A stretch of 63,037 nucleotides of DNA, filler included, from Octopus bimaculoides (lineage: Eukaryota), in NCBI RefSeq assembly GCF_001194135.2. It is 6 parts of 6 records of this genome, joined end to end, with 100 filler letters (N's around TTAATTAATTAA, not from the genome) between each part and the next. Parts side by side here need not be neighbours in the genome. Positions count along the whole stretch, not along the records: positions 1 to 15,131 come from NW_026366838.1; positions 15,232 to 31,056 come from NC_069005.1; 4 more parts are not named here. One strand, 5' to 3'. The position numbers and the translations under genes are program-made. Shown piece by piece: positions 9,715 through 22,425 of this stretch; the first letter of the stretch is position 1, and every line of letters begins with the position of its first letter. Below the pieces are notes generated by a model that saw only the letters and a program-made list of their open reading frames with translations, did not search any database and had not been told where the DNA came from.

Positions 9715-10460
9715 ATTTGAAAGCTGAGAAATCTCTCTGCAGATTTAAACTTATAGTCAGTCCATCAACAACTGTATACAGAACATTTATTTTGGTGAAA
9801 TTTGTGGCGAATCAATTATCACTAACTACCTCTTAAAAGCACACAGACAAACCCACATTGGAGAGAAGACTTTTAAATCAGAAATGTGAGAAATCCTGCA
9901 GATTTAAAATTAAAGTCAATCCATCAACAACTGTATAGAGAACATTTATTTTGGTGATATATGTAGGGAATCATTTCTCATTAACTGCCCCAGAAGACTT
10001 TCAAATCTGAAATGTGAGAAATCCTTCTATAGATTTAGACTTATAGTCAAGTCCATCAACAACTATATAGAGACTATTTTTAAACTCTCATTTTGTAGTC
10101 CTCAAATGTGTCCTCTTTTGAGAGAAAGCCTTTCACTGAAATGTTTAGGAAATTTCTTTATTTGTGAATAATAAACTTATAGTTAATGACCAAATATACA
10201 CTAAACAAAGAATGCTAGATCAGTGTGATATATGTATACAATCATTCAGTAGGAACTAAATCTGTATTGGTAAGGAACCAGAGGACAAAATTATTATGGG
10301 AATTATGTGGTAATTGCTTTCTAAGTTGTTTTGGAATCACCTTTTACACTTAGAAGAAGAGAGAAAGAGCTATTCATTGTTTAAATTTTGTTAGACAAAC
10401 ACAATCTCATTAAATATATGATAGAAAGCAGATGTGAAATTTATGTTAAATCTTACCATT
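9715..10460 (+). pseudogene. Fossil finger array downstream of gene 2, including a tandemly repeated ~160-170-bp two-finger module
   Basis: Units begin ATCACTAAC at 9659 and 9818, with a partial third at ~9991. DQCDICIQSFSRN* at 10218-10259; decayed NSHFVVLK/EKAFH at ~10082-10140. Confidence 0.75.
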
Positions 10461-10656
10461 GAAATTTGTGACTAATTATACATATTTATATGTAAATAAA
10501 AATCTTTTAAATTTTATATTATAAACTTTAAAACTACATTTGTAGGAATATGTCATTTTTTAAAATCGAATAACCTCTGAAAATGCTATTTATGACAAAA
10601 TAGTTTCTGTACATTACTCAAAGTGAAAGACAATGGCTTCAACATCTTAGACTTAA

Positions 10657-10859
10657 CTCATTAGCATTTAAAAGCAACTCTAAAACATTCAACCTGTTTT
10701 ATGTTCAAACCTGCGATCTGGATTATCACACCTATAATGTCATTGTAGAAATACATAATCTTATTGAAATCTTGAAGCTACAAGATAATACATGATTAAT
10801 TCAAAAGAATGGGAATCAATAAGCATTACATTTGACAGAATAGTTTGGATGTTAAAAGG
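10657..10859. mobile_element. TTAA-flanked MITE, same family as 4247-4720
   Basis: TTAA at 10653-10656 and 10860-10863; ends CTCATTAGCATT / GATGTTAAAAGG; shared interior. Confidence 0.7.
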
Positions 10860-11820
10860 TTAAGTTAGAGCATTTCAATAGTTTGGTTTTTGTGATAGTT
10901 TCCTTACTGCTTCATTAATTGGATAGAATTCTGCATGTTGGTGGACAGTTTATATTTTCAATCTTTGGTGGTTTATCACGACAGCCATGGTTGGATGTTG
11001 GTTGCCTAGCACCATATTTTTGTATATTTGTTGCTGTTCTTAAACATCAAGTCAATTATTATTTTGAACAAATATTGCACTATCATTCAACTATGGTAGT
11101 AGTTGAATAATATTCTTCAGGCTGCAATTTACTCACACGCAGTACCTTTCAGACTTTGTCGGTAATTCAGTTCTTAATCAAATTGAAAACTGTTAACATT
11201 TTTGAAGAGGATTGGTCCCTAACTACATTTTAGCATTAAAAAAATTGAGATTTGGTCCAGTAGAAAAAAAGTTTACATCAAAATTTGTGGCAATGTTGTA
11301 CGAGAGTAAGTTTAGATCCAAATAACTTTTTTTTATTTCAAAAGCAAAATATATTTATCTTAGCTTCAATGATAGAAAAAAGCATGAAGAATTTCATAGT
11401 TTTGGTCCCATGCAACAAAAATTTGTGAGGTAAAATATGAAAAAAATACATGTAAGGCAAAAAATTGGATTTAAGTATAGTTAACTTTTTTTTTATTTTA
11501 AGGAATTTCATAGTACCAATCTCATGCAATGAAGTTTTAAAAGAAAAAAGTTATGAGTGTTTGTTTCTCAAATTTGAGGGTGATAATATAATTCTATACT
11601 TTTTATGAATATAGTTCTATAAGGAGACTTTTAATATATGTGATGGCATCATTGAGGTAAGGAAAAAAATTATCAATGACACCGCTAATTTGCAATTGAG
11701 TTTATTTACGTCATCTGTATTAAAAATTAAAATATTATTTAGAAATTTATTATTCAATTTTCAATAAGGTAAAATCTTAAATTATTAATTGACACATTAT
11801 TAATTAGCATAATAGCATAG

Positions 11821-12839
11821 CCTGGAAAAGTACAGGACAAGTTATTACACTTGGAAAAGTTCAGGACAAGTTATGACATCTGGTAAAGTACAGAACAAGA
11901 ACATTTTTACTTAAAATGTTGCAACTAAGGACAAAATTTGAATATTAAAAATCATTTGGTTTTAATTTACAAAGTAACATTATAATTTTAAAAAAGTACC
12001 ATCTTTTTGTTAAAATATTGACACTAGAATACTTGAAAAATGATAGCCAGAAGTACCACTATAGCTAAAGTAGAATAGTATATATGGTAGGCAAATTCAT
12101 TATGTAAAAAAAATAGGCATTGGGTCAAGACTAAAAATGTGAAGACTTAGCAATAACTTAAGCTATAACTAAAGCAAATTTTACTGTGAATTTGTTGTTA
12201 TAGGTAGATTTTACTGTAACATATAACTAATTTTTGTATTATTCTATTTATTGTACTAATTATGTACTACTATTATTTTTATAACCTATTTTCAAATTTC
12301 TAATTATTAATTAACTCGCTGACCCCGTGCCATCAAAAATGATGGCTAATTGTAGTATTTCATATATAAATAAGGTACCTAATAATCACAGATACAAACA
12401 TTCACACACTTCCCTTGTACATGCACACACATACATATACTCAAACAGTGTTGAAATGCTGTTTGATTTTTCTTTTCAGCATTGAACATTCACCATCCCA
12501 TTTCCATTGCACACACACAAACATTCACATACCTCCCTTTTACATACACACACATATACTCACACAGCATTGAAACACTGATTTTTTTTTTCCACCCCTT
12601 CCTTTGTTATTCATCTATCACCCCTTCCTTTCTCATTCATATGTTGTGATGAAGAAAAACAGAAGATACACAACATGCTCTTTTCCATTTCCTTTCTCTC
12701 ATTGCTATTACTTTCTCTCACTCTCTCTCAGTCAGGGCTATTACTCTCACTACTTCTCCTTCACTGAATTACTATTTTCTCTCTCCCTTCAGTTTCTCCT
12801 ACTCTTTCTCCTCCATGATTTTGAACAAACACACACACA

Positions 12840-12879
<40 letters not shown>

Positions 12880-13450
12880 AATATATAAAAACACTATGCC
12901 CATTAGGAGATAATTAGAAAAATGAATTTTTTTAAAGTACAAAAAATATTTTGAGTTATTTTTAATTCTTAATAGAAGTAACAACTAATGACAAATAGAA
13001 GTGAAAACTTTTAATAAAATTTTTAGTTTTAATAAAACCTGATATTTTCTAAATCTAAATATTTTATTTGAAATCTTATCCTTAACTGCAATATTTTAAG
13101 TCGAAATGTTCTTTATATTATTTACATTTGACGGATATTTGTCCTCATTTTGTTTGTTGTTAACATGTTTTGGCTGATATACCCTCCAGCCTTCATCAGG
13201 TGTCTTGGGGAAATTTCGAACCTGGGTTCTCATTCCTAAGGTATTTTTTGATGCTATTATTATTATTATTAGTAGTAGTAGTAGCAGTATTCAGGTCACT
13301 GCCTGGAATCGAACTCGGAATCTTGGTGTTAGTAGCCTGCACTCTTAACCACTACGCCATATGCCCGTACATATGTTCTGTACTTTACCAGATGTAATGA
13401 CTTGTCCTGAACTTTTCCATGTGTAATAACTTGTCCTGTACTTTTCCAGG
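11821..13450. mobile_element. ~1.6-kb foldback-type element with long TIRs containing ~30-bp subterminal tandem repeats
   Basis: 11821-11896 matches the reverse complement of 13375-13450 with 3 mismatches in 76 bp. The arm continues 11897-11950 vs ~13058-13113 across an insertion. Confidence 0.75.
13112..13373 (-). mobile_element. tRNA-headed SINE with a hammerhead-ribozyme-like (Penelope-type) tail
   Basis: Minus strand: A box TGGCGTAGTGG (13349-13359), B box GAGTTCGATTCC (13305-13316), (CTA)n/(TAA)n spacer, then GACAC-CTGATGA-A-GGCTG-N10-CAGCC-AAAAC-ATGTT (13162-13204). Confidence 0.7.
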
Positions 13451-13739
13451 TTTATAATCTTAAGAATATTATTTCTCTTGCTCACATTTTTCCATGTAAT
13501 AGAACTATAGCAGCAAATGGGAGGAATCATTAGCTCATTGGATAAAATGCATTGCAGTATTTGTTCTAACATTTGATGCGCTGAGTTCAAATTTCACTGA
13601 GGTCAACTCTAACTTTCATCCTTTTGGGGTTGATAAAATAGTAATTTCCAATCCAGAGCAGTGGATTGACAAAACTAAGAATATTAGCTTGTTTTGTTTC
13701 AGGCTTTTTGCTTTGGGTTCAAATGCCTTTGTGGTAGAC

Positions 13740-13968
13740 TTAACCATTTTGCTACCATATTTCTGTTGAAATATACCCACTTTATTTCAATTAATTTTGA
13801 GAATAATAAATAGTTTACTAAAATATCTTGGTCATTACTAAATTGGTATTTGGGATATAAATTAATATAGAAGCTTAATGGGAACTTCTTATTTAGATAA
13901 CCTTAAAACAGGAAGTTTGTATCATAGAAGCAAGGTAGTCTTGGGTGGGTTGATATCAAAAGGGTTAA
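13740..13968. mobile_element. Second TTAA-type MITE family
   Basis: TTAACCATTTTGCTACC at the left end; GATATCAAAAGGGTTAA at the right end. Confidence 0.6.
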
Positions 13969-14374
13969 TAGATCCCACTAGTCTTGGAGGCCTTGTAAAA
14001 ACCCACAGGCACTGCCTTCTCATCTAACCAATAATAGTAGTATGGGGGTGTGCACTGTAATGACGTGTCATTGCATCCACCATTTGGTGATTCCCTATTG
14101 GCAGATGATGCCTTTGCTCTTCTCAGGCGACAACCCTCCAACCCATGGGTCTATTTGGATAGCTGTTGCTGGTAAAGGTTTTATGAGGTCAGAGGTCAAA
14201 TCCTACCTCAAACTCTTTCATTTGCCTTATGTGATATGTAGCAGAAATGATGGGACTATTCTTTGACATGCCAGTTCCCACACTGCATCTGACTAAAAGA
14301 TGAAAAATGATTGCAATATCACAGGCAATGATAATAGTATGAAATATTATCATCCATAACTCTTTAGTATCACT

Positions 14375-14618
14375 GCATGGCACCTTGGGCAAGTGTCTTT
14401 TACCATAGCACTGGGCTGACCAAAACCTTGTGAGTGGATCTGGATTTAGTAGATGGATTCTGAAAGAAGCCTGTTGTGTGTGGTGTCCTCCACCATTTGA
14501 CAACTGGCATTGGTTAGTTTATGTCTCTGTAACTTAGTAGTTCTGCAAAAGAGACTGATAGAATAAGTACCAGGCATGAAAAATTAGTCATTCAACTAAA
14601 ACTCTTCAAGGCAGAATG
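14375..14618 (+). mobile_element. SINE family B, 5'-truncated and diverged
   Basis: GGCACCTTGGGCAAGTGTCTT ... GACTGATAGAATAAGTACCAGG. Confidence 0.7.
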
Positions 14619-15001
14619 CTAGCACGGTTATAGTCCAATGGCTGAAACAAATAAAAGATTTAGACTTGTCATGTCCAACCCAAATAGTTTACCTGTTTAA
14701 TATTCAAGCCAGTCAGATCCAGCCTCTCACACCTGTCCTATAGGGTTGTTTTAAAAATAAACAATCACATTATCAAAATCTCAAAGCTGCAAGATGATGC
14801 AGGATTAATTCAAAACAATATGAATAAATAAGCACTGCATTTTACAGAATAATCAGAATGCTAAAGAGTTAAGTTACATAAAATTACCATTCTCTAATTA
14901 TCCCAACATATAGCCAAGGAATTACAATACTAGATAAGAAGGATTCATTCTAGTTGTAGCTTGGTGAGGATGTACAGCTAGTTGCTATAGTTCCTATGGC
15001 C

Positions 15002-15085
15002 CAGTGGTTCCCAACCTGTGGTCCATAGACTTCTGGTGGTCTGCAGAGGTAGTACTGGGGGTCCGTGGACTATGTTCAAAATTTC
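15002..15085 (+). mobile_element. hAT/Charlie-like terminus fragment
   Basis: CAGTGGTTCCCAACCTG start; a related CAGTAGTTCTCAAAC end occurs at ~41154. Confidence 0.5.
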
Positions 15086-15131
15086 ATCAATATCTATAAA
15101 ACACAAGATGTTTGTGTGTGTGTGTACGTGA

Positions 15132-15231
15132 NNNNNNNNNNNNNNNNNNNNNNNNNNNNNNNNNNNNNNNNNNNNTTAATTAATTAANNNNNNNNNNNNN
15201 NNNNNNNNNNNNNNNNNNNNNNNNNNNNNNN
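15132..15231. other. Assembly spacer 44N-TTAATTAATTAA-44N (also 31057-31156, 35636-35735, 40556-40655, 61808-61907)
   Basis: Five identical 100-bp blocks; the 12-mer is a palindrome with TAA in all six frames. Confidence 0.97.
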
Positions 15232-15570
15232 GTTTAGATAACATGGCGACTATAAATGTAAATATTCACGCATTCGCACACACACACACACACACATACA
15301 CACACACACATTCACACACACCCGCACGCATAAACACACGCATAGTTTAAACACAAACATATATACACAACCGTACAATTGCCCTCATAACATTACTCAC
15401 ACATATCAATACATATAACGACAGCAATCACACATGCATGCATATACACACACATACATATATACACATGTGTAGAAACGTATGCAAGCACACATACATG
15501 CAAGCACAGAAACATAACATAAGATAAGATAAATTTATATAACATACACTCTTATAGCTATCAACATGCA

Positions 15571-15631
<61 letters not shown>

Positions 15632-16139
15632 AGTCATTAAAATACATATATAGTCGCATACAAGAAAATATATTCGTATATACACACATATAACAATCAT
15701 ATACACCCGTATATATATATATATATATGCGCGCGCGCGCGCATACATGCACAAAAGTTGCTTTTGTGCCATAATAAAACATAAAAATCACTAAAATTTT
15801 GAATATTAACTGAATTTTAAAAAATTATGTACAGTCATGTCTTCTCTACTGTACGTTCGTGTGCTTGCGTCTTTTGTGTGTGTGCGTGTGTGCGTAACTA
15901 AATGTTGTATAGTATTTTGTCCACTCCATAAATGACTGTCAGTTGAATGATACAAAAGTGACAGATTGACTGTCAATTCAAATATTCGTTAAGGACGGTT
16001 CGTCTGACGAACTTTTCGAAGCGAAACTTCGAAGTCATTGTCGCTCTGTTTTATCTAATGTAACTTTCGTATGTTACATGTAGATGGGATCCATTTTTAG
16101 GGAATGTTATCTGCTGGTTTTGCATTTAAATACACCAAC

Positions 16140-16182
<43 letters not shown>

Positions 16183-16667
16183 TTGTATTGAGTCCTGTAA
16201 TTTATTGCTTCTGGTGAATCAACAAATTTATACAAACATACATACAAACATATATATATGCACACACACATACATACATGCATGCATACATACATNNNNN
16301 NNNNNNNNNNNNNNNNNNNNNNNNNNNNNNNNNNNNNNNNNNNNNNNNNNNNNNNNNNNNNNNNNNNNNNNNNNNNNNNNNNNNNNNNNNNNNNNNNNNN
16401 NNNNNNNNNNNNNNNNNNNNNNNNNNNNNNNNNNNNNNNNNNNNNNNNNNNNNNNNNNNNNNNNNNNNNNNNNNNNNNNNNNNNNNNNNNNNNNNNNNNN
16501 NNNNNNNNNNNNNNNNNNNNNNNNNNNNNNNNNNNNNNNNNNNNNNNNNNNNNNNNNNNNNNNNNNNNNNNNNNNNNNNNNNNNNNNNNNNNNNNNNNNN
16601 NNNNNNNNNNNNNNNNNNNNNNNNNNNNNNNNNNNNNNNNNNNNNNNNNNNNNNNNNNNNNNNNNNN

Positions 16668-16704
<37 letters not shown>

Positions 16705-17344
16705 ACATACTTGCACGTATGTATACATACACACACTTATTGACGTATATACACATATGTGGTGGTGGTAGTGATGGAAATTGTAGTAATACTACTACTA
16801 GTAGTAGTAGTTGTAGTAATAGTAGTAGTAGTAGTAGTTAGAGCAGCAGTGGTAGTCGTGTCTCGGTTATGTTGGACAAATAAACTTTCGTTATTGTTTT
16901 CTTAGACTGTTTACGAGCAGAACACAAATACACACACGCACACACATACAATATAAAGGCAGGGGCGCACACGCATGCGCACACATGTCGACTCAACACA
17001 AATATATACACTCATACATAGTCACACACACACATACAGACGCGTAGACTCACGAATGCAAATACACACACACATATTAACACATGGCTTGCACAGCCAC
17101 ATCTTCACATACATACACGCAAATACCGCCACACATATACACACATGCACACATACGCTCCCCCCCAGACACATACGCACACATGCACACGCATATACAC
17201 ACAAACATACACCCACACACACATAATCACAATGCACACTCACATACATACCCACATTCACGCACATACCCACACATACACATACATGCACACATACACA
17301 TACCCACACAAGCACGTACACACACACAGCCACACATGCACACA

Positions 17345-18720
17345 CGACAGTGGTATCATTTTCCCTTGTTGCCCACGTGATTTCTTTTTGGAATATAAAT
17401 CACAGAAGTTTGAAGACTGGAGCCATGGTTTTAGTAGAACTGTATACCCACAACCCAGTAAACGGCAGAAAGCAAACAGCCGAACGCCAGATGGCGCTGT
17501 TAAACCTGGCGACGATATTACGTTTAATATAAGACTCAGAGGAAGAATTTCTTTGACAAATTTCTTTCAAACTTTGAAGATAGTAGGAGAAACTTGCTCA
17601 AGGTGTCACAGATTCAGGATAAGACTATCGGGCCGACGAAGATACATAGCAACATGCCTTTTGATTAAACCATCGCTGGACAACTGCTGCCCATCTCAAT
17701 CTGGGCAAACCTCAGCCAATTAGGGGCTGTCCGGGTTTAAGGCTACTGATGGCCCGAATCATGGATTATAGATACTGCATCAGACACAAGATGACGTAAT
17801 GAGAAGTCAACGCTTAGCTTAGGATGCTGAAATGTACAGACTGTGAATACTGGACAGGCAGGTAACACAAGAAAGACTGCAGTGATGTACAAAGAAATGC
17901 TAAAGTCTCAGGTGAACATCGCAACAAGAGACATGCCTCGCAGAATCAGGAACTTTACACGAGAGAAAGAGAGAGAGAGAGAGAGAGTTAGAGAGAAAGA
18001 GAATCTATACCTTTTTGTGAGAGGGAAAAGTTAAAGACTGGAGAGAATGGCGTAGAGGAATCCCCTGTCTGAGCGTGGTTGGGGAGGCCTTCCCTCGTGT
18101 GTCCCTATGCAGACAACAGAAAACTGCTGACAGGTTATACCCCGAGTCTCGGTAACGGTTCACGCTAGATCATAACCAAAGATAACCGCTGTCGGTTGCT
18201 TCACAAAAGACCTTCGACCTTGTAAGCAGAGGCGGCTTGTTCAAAATCCATACCAAAATTAGTTGCCCTCCGAAGTTGTTCAGCATTGTTCGGTCATTCC
18301 ACGCAGACACGAAAAGCATCATTTAATTTGCTGACTCTTCCTCAGCATCTTTCACCATTCGCAGTGGCGTGAAACGGGGCTACGTGTTCGCTCTTGCTCT
18401 GTTCAGCTTCGTCTTTGCTTTCTCGCTGAGTCATGCCTTTGGGACATCAACTGATTCTGTTTATCTTCCCACAAGATCAAACGGGAAACTGTCAGTTTGT
18501 CTCGACTGAAGACAGAAACCAAAACACTCATCAGAATTGTGCTGTTTGCAGATGATGCTGGCGACTCGCCCGGAGCTGCAACTACAACGCCTCACGGATA
18601 AACTTGTTCAACTGCAACAAGGACGCCTCCGCTGGTAGGGCCATATAACATCACTTGTCAGACGGAAAGAGGCCACAAGACCTCTTGTATGACAGCGTGG
18701 AAGTGAGGACATATTGGCGT
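17345..18720 (+). mobile_element. RTE-clade LINE relic with large internal deletion
   Basis: LSLGC*NVQTV...RKTAVMYKEMLKSQVNIA (APE N-terminus, ~17812-17925); then RT motifs WRGIPCLSVVG, SGVKRG, LFADDA (FADD 18545-18556); C-terminal DGKRPQDLLY (~18661-18690). Confidence 0.85.
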
Positions 18721-19145
18721 AGCGTGGTAGTGATGTAGTGTTGGGAGTGAGGCCACAACAATGTAGACACGTTGTTGAGATAAATGATACAAAAGTCAAC
18801 TTTGTCAGATTCACACCAGACAAGAAGTCATTGTGTCTTTTCAAAACATTTGCCAGCAGGGGGCAGTGCTGGTCATTTTACTTTCTAAGCTGAGTGTGTA
18901 CAATGTTTCAGTCATAAAACAGTTATAACATTGTGGAATGGGTTGAAACGGCAAATGAAATGAGGACGTTTCTTTCTGTGCTGAATCCTGAAAAACTCCA
19001 AACTAAGTTCATACTGTCTGCTCGCCGCCCGCACCTCTTCCCCACCGCCATCAACATACAAAAATATTTTCAAATATATGGTTGGGTGGATAGACAAATA
19101 CACACAGCTTCATGTGTGTACATGTATGTATGTATATATATGCAC

Positions 19146-19195
<50 letters not shown>

Positions 19196-21511
19196 TTAGA
19201 TATATATACATATATAAAGAGAAAAAGAGAGTGAGAGAAAACAGTGTGTGATTATGCGTAGATGGAAATAAAGCTAAACAAAAAATAAGACACGGAGGGG
19301 AAGGGGANNNNNNNNNNNNNNNNNNNNNNNNNNNNNNNNNNNNNNNNNNNNNNNNNNNNNNNNNNNNNNNNNNNNNNNNNNNNNNNNNNNNNNNNNNNNN
19401 NNNNNNNNNNNNNNNNNNNNNNNNNNNNNNNNNNNNNNNNNNNNNNNNNNNNNNNNNNNNNNNNNNNNNNNNNNNNNNNNNNNNNNNNNNNNNNNNNNNN
19501 NNNNNNNNNNNNNNNNNNNNNNNNNNNNNNNNNNNNNNNNNNNNNNNNNNNNNNNNNNNNNNNNNNNNNNNNNNNNNNNNNNNNNNNNNNNNNNNNNNNN
19601 NNNNNNNNNNNNNNNNNNNNNNNNNNNNNNNNNNNNNNNNNNNNNNNNNNNNNGTGGGAGTGTTGCATCCCATAATTATTTATCCGTCTACCAACTCTGT
19701 TCTACATGATTTCTTACAAACAGTTGCCACTGATGACAACCGTTTATAGCCGACCGCAGATGCTGGACGCTACAATGACCTCCAGAGGTCACTACCAACA
19801 ACACAGTCACCTCTCCACACCTTCCAGCACCTATACATCCGTCTAACCCACTTCTTTCAGTGTACCCCCCATCTCCCTCCTTCCCCCCACAAGCTCAGGT
19901 CTCACCCACTTCAATATCAACTTTTTCCCATTTCACACACACACGTACATATGTATATACATATACACACGCATATATATACACATGTACACACACACAC
20001 ACACACACACACACAATCATTACTTCACATACAATTCCGTAGTGATTGCACAAAATAACAATCAGCTTGAATTCATTTCCAAAATCACAACTATCGCCAA
20101 AGCCGTCGCCACCACCACCNNNNNNNNNNATCATCATCATCATTGTTAATAATGTTATGAAAGTAAACATGGTTGTTTTTATTGACTTCCTACACCATCA
20201 CAACCACCAACACTATCAGCAGCATCATCATCAGCAGCAGCAGCAACATTCCTCCATCACCATGGCTACCAACCCCATCACACCACCACCACTCTCCTTC
20301 ACCAGCAGCTACATCAGTACAATGCCTTAATATTTGTAAACAAAAAAGCCACTGGCTTAGTGGCCCTCCCCCATTATGTCACTGGTACTTAATCAAACCC
20401 AGGAGGGTGAAAATCAGCGCAAATGAAATTCGAAACCGCGATGTAAACCGATTATTGTAATGTGTTTCTGTTGGATATACAACAGCAATGTTGCTGCTGT
20501 TGTTGTTGTTGCAGGTTTTACTGTTGTTGTTGGTGGTGGTGGTGAAGAGTTGAAGTGTAGGCTGCAATTTTAGACCTTTATATTCCGGGCATAGATTCCA
20601 CCTCGGGTAGACAATTGTTGAATCATTTTGTCCAGAAGAAAGTGGTTGTGACGTTCGCAGATCAGACTCTCAGTCATCGGGCATTTAATCGAATCCAGAT
20701 TCTATATTTCAAGATTGTTTCGTTGGTTAGCAAATGTTTTATATTGTTGCAAGTGTTCTATATTCTGTTTCAAATTGTTGATGTTCAACTGGAGTGATGT
20801 TGCTGGGAGCAAATAATCGTCTTGGTCAAAGTTAAACACTTGTTTCGCTCTGTATTGTTGTCGGTGATCGTATATTTACATATATTAACATATATTTACG
20901 TGTTTGCATTTAATTTAAATGTTATCGGTTGCGATATTTCTTTTTGTAACTATCTACCTGTTCAACTAATTAAAGAATCCCTTTTGAAGGATGCTAGAAG
21001 TAACTCATAAGGCATTGACTCCTATAAGGGAGTGACTGTGTGACCCTTATGACGTGCGGTTTCAATTTTCTTAGTCCAGATTGAGAGGCTTAAAGGTGTG
21101 TGGGGTATGCGCTTACTGAGTTTGTTAAACTAATTAAATTTCTGTTTATTGATTGGTGGAATCTGTGTCTTTCACTCGAGAATCTCGGAGTGTCTTGCAT
21201 TACTAATGGCGGTTTGAGGCGAGGTGGTATTGCTAATATACGTTTATTGGATTTTGTTTGGGTCATAGTTATGTGTAAAAAACATTAATTTTTCTTGTAT
21301 AGTGGCTGTGCCCTTTGTGTCATTATGTTGTATTTTCCTATGATGCATAGCAGCAAATTCCGGTATTATTTTTGAATGATGCACAGTGAACTATTTTTCC
21401 ATTTTCCATTTGAGATCGTACTGTTTCCTTTAAACTTCCAGATTTTTTTTTTCGATTTGGACATATTGTGAAGCGGTAAATTTACAAACCATATATATAT
21501 ATATATATATA

Positions 21512-21760
21512 TTTCATTCATTCATCCTCTCCGTCCCCTATTTCTGGGAGCCCTCAGACACCACCTCCATAGGGTCCTATCAGAAGCAACCGTCAGTACA
21601 CTATATGCTTGGATGCCCAAGCGAAACCTCTGAGATTGGATATTATCCAACCATTTCTGTCTCTGCTGGATGGCTCGGCTTGAAGAATCTGTTTGCGATT
21701 CTTTCCTCTGACATTCCAATCGCATGTCCTTAGTACAGGAGACCACAGTTTATTAAAGTA
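21512..21760 (-). mobile_element. LINE 3' end fragment with (ATGA)n tail
   Basis: Minus-strand QKWLDNI...ASDRTLWR resembles non-LTR ORF2 C-termini; tail reads TTCATTCATTCATCC on the plus strand. Confidence 0.5.
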
Positions 21761-22381
21761 AATTTCTCTTTTCAGCAGACACGGTGAGGCTTAGACAGAT
21801 ATAAACATTTGTTATCTGATCCACGTAAAAAAGAAGACATTTATTTTGATCTGGTCTCAAATCGAGTTGACTTTATCTTCAGGCTTACAACACTTTCCAG
21901 CCACTAAATTCGCTGACTTCGAATCCGTTTCCCTGATTTGCATAATTAAATGTTATACACCAATCAACATCTGAGGATAATTATAAATATGTGTTAAGCT
22001 AAATTTAACGACTGTTGCTATCTTTTTCGCGAGTAGAGAAGGGGCTATATCTGTGTCTGGTAGATATCAAATATGTGTGTATGTCTGTGTATGTATGTGT
22101 GTGTGTGTGTGTGCCTATGTGCCTTTGTGTCTGCGTGCGTGTATGTATATATGTGCGTAACTTCTTAACATAAATCCAATTGTATTTGAAATCTGATGAA
22201 GTCAATCCCATTTTTTTTTTGTGTGTCCACCAAACAAACGACAGTCATTTGCTTACATTTGTCTCAGCAAAGTCAATATTTTGTAGTCGACGCTGTGAGG
22301 CTGTGATATGCATTTATAATTATCCATAACACCGTTTAATGCAATAACAGTTATTGTGTGTATGGTGGGGGGATAAATATA

Positions 22382-22425
<44 letters not shown>

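Noticed and set aside
11821-11900. ~30-bp direct repeats here, at 6817-6925 and at 41384-41550 as CRISPR arrays
   Set aside because: No unique spacers, no cas genes, eukaryotic context.
15176-15187. TTAATTAATTAA as a homeodomain site or PacI-type biological palindrome
   Set aside because: Always centred between exactly 44 Ns on each side; synthetic linker.
20560-21490. Penelope GIY-YIG relic on the minus strand
   Set aside because: Only faint resemblance (HITMTQTKSNKR, LSIWTKK); not supportable without a search.
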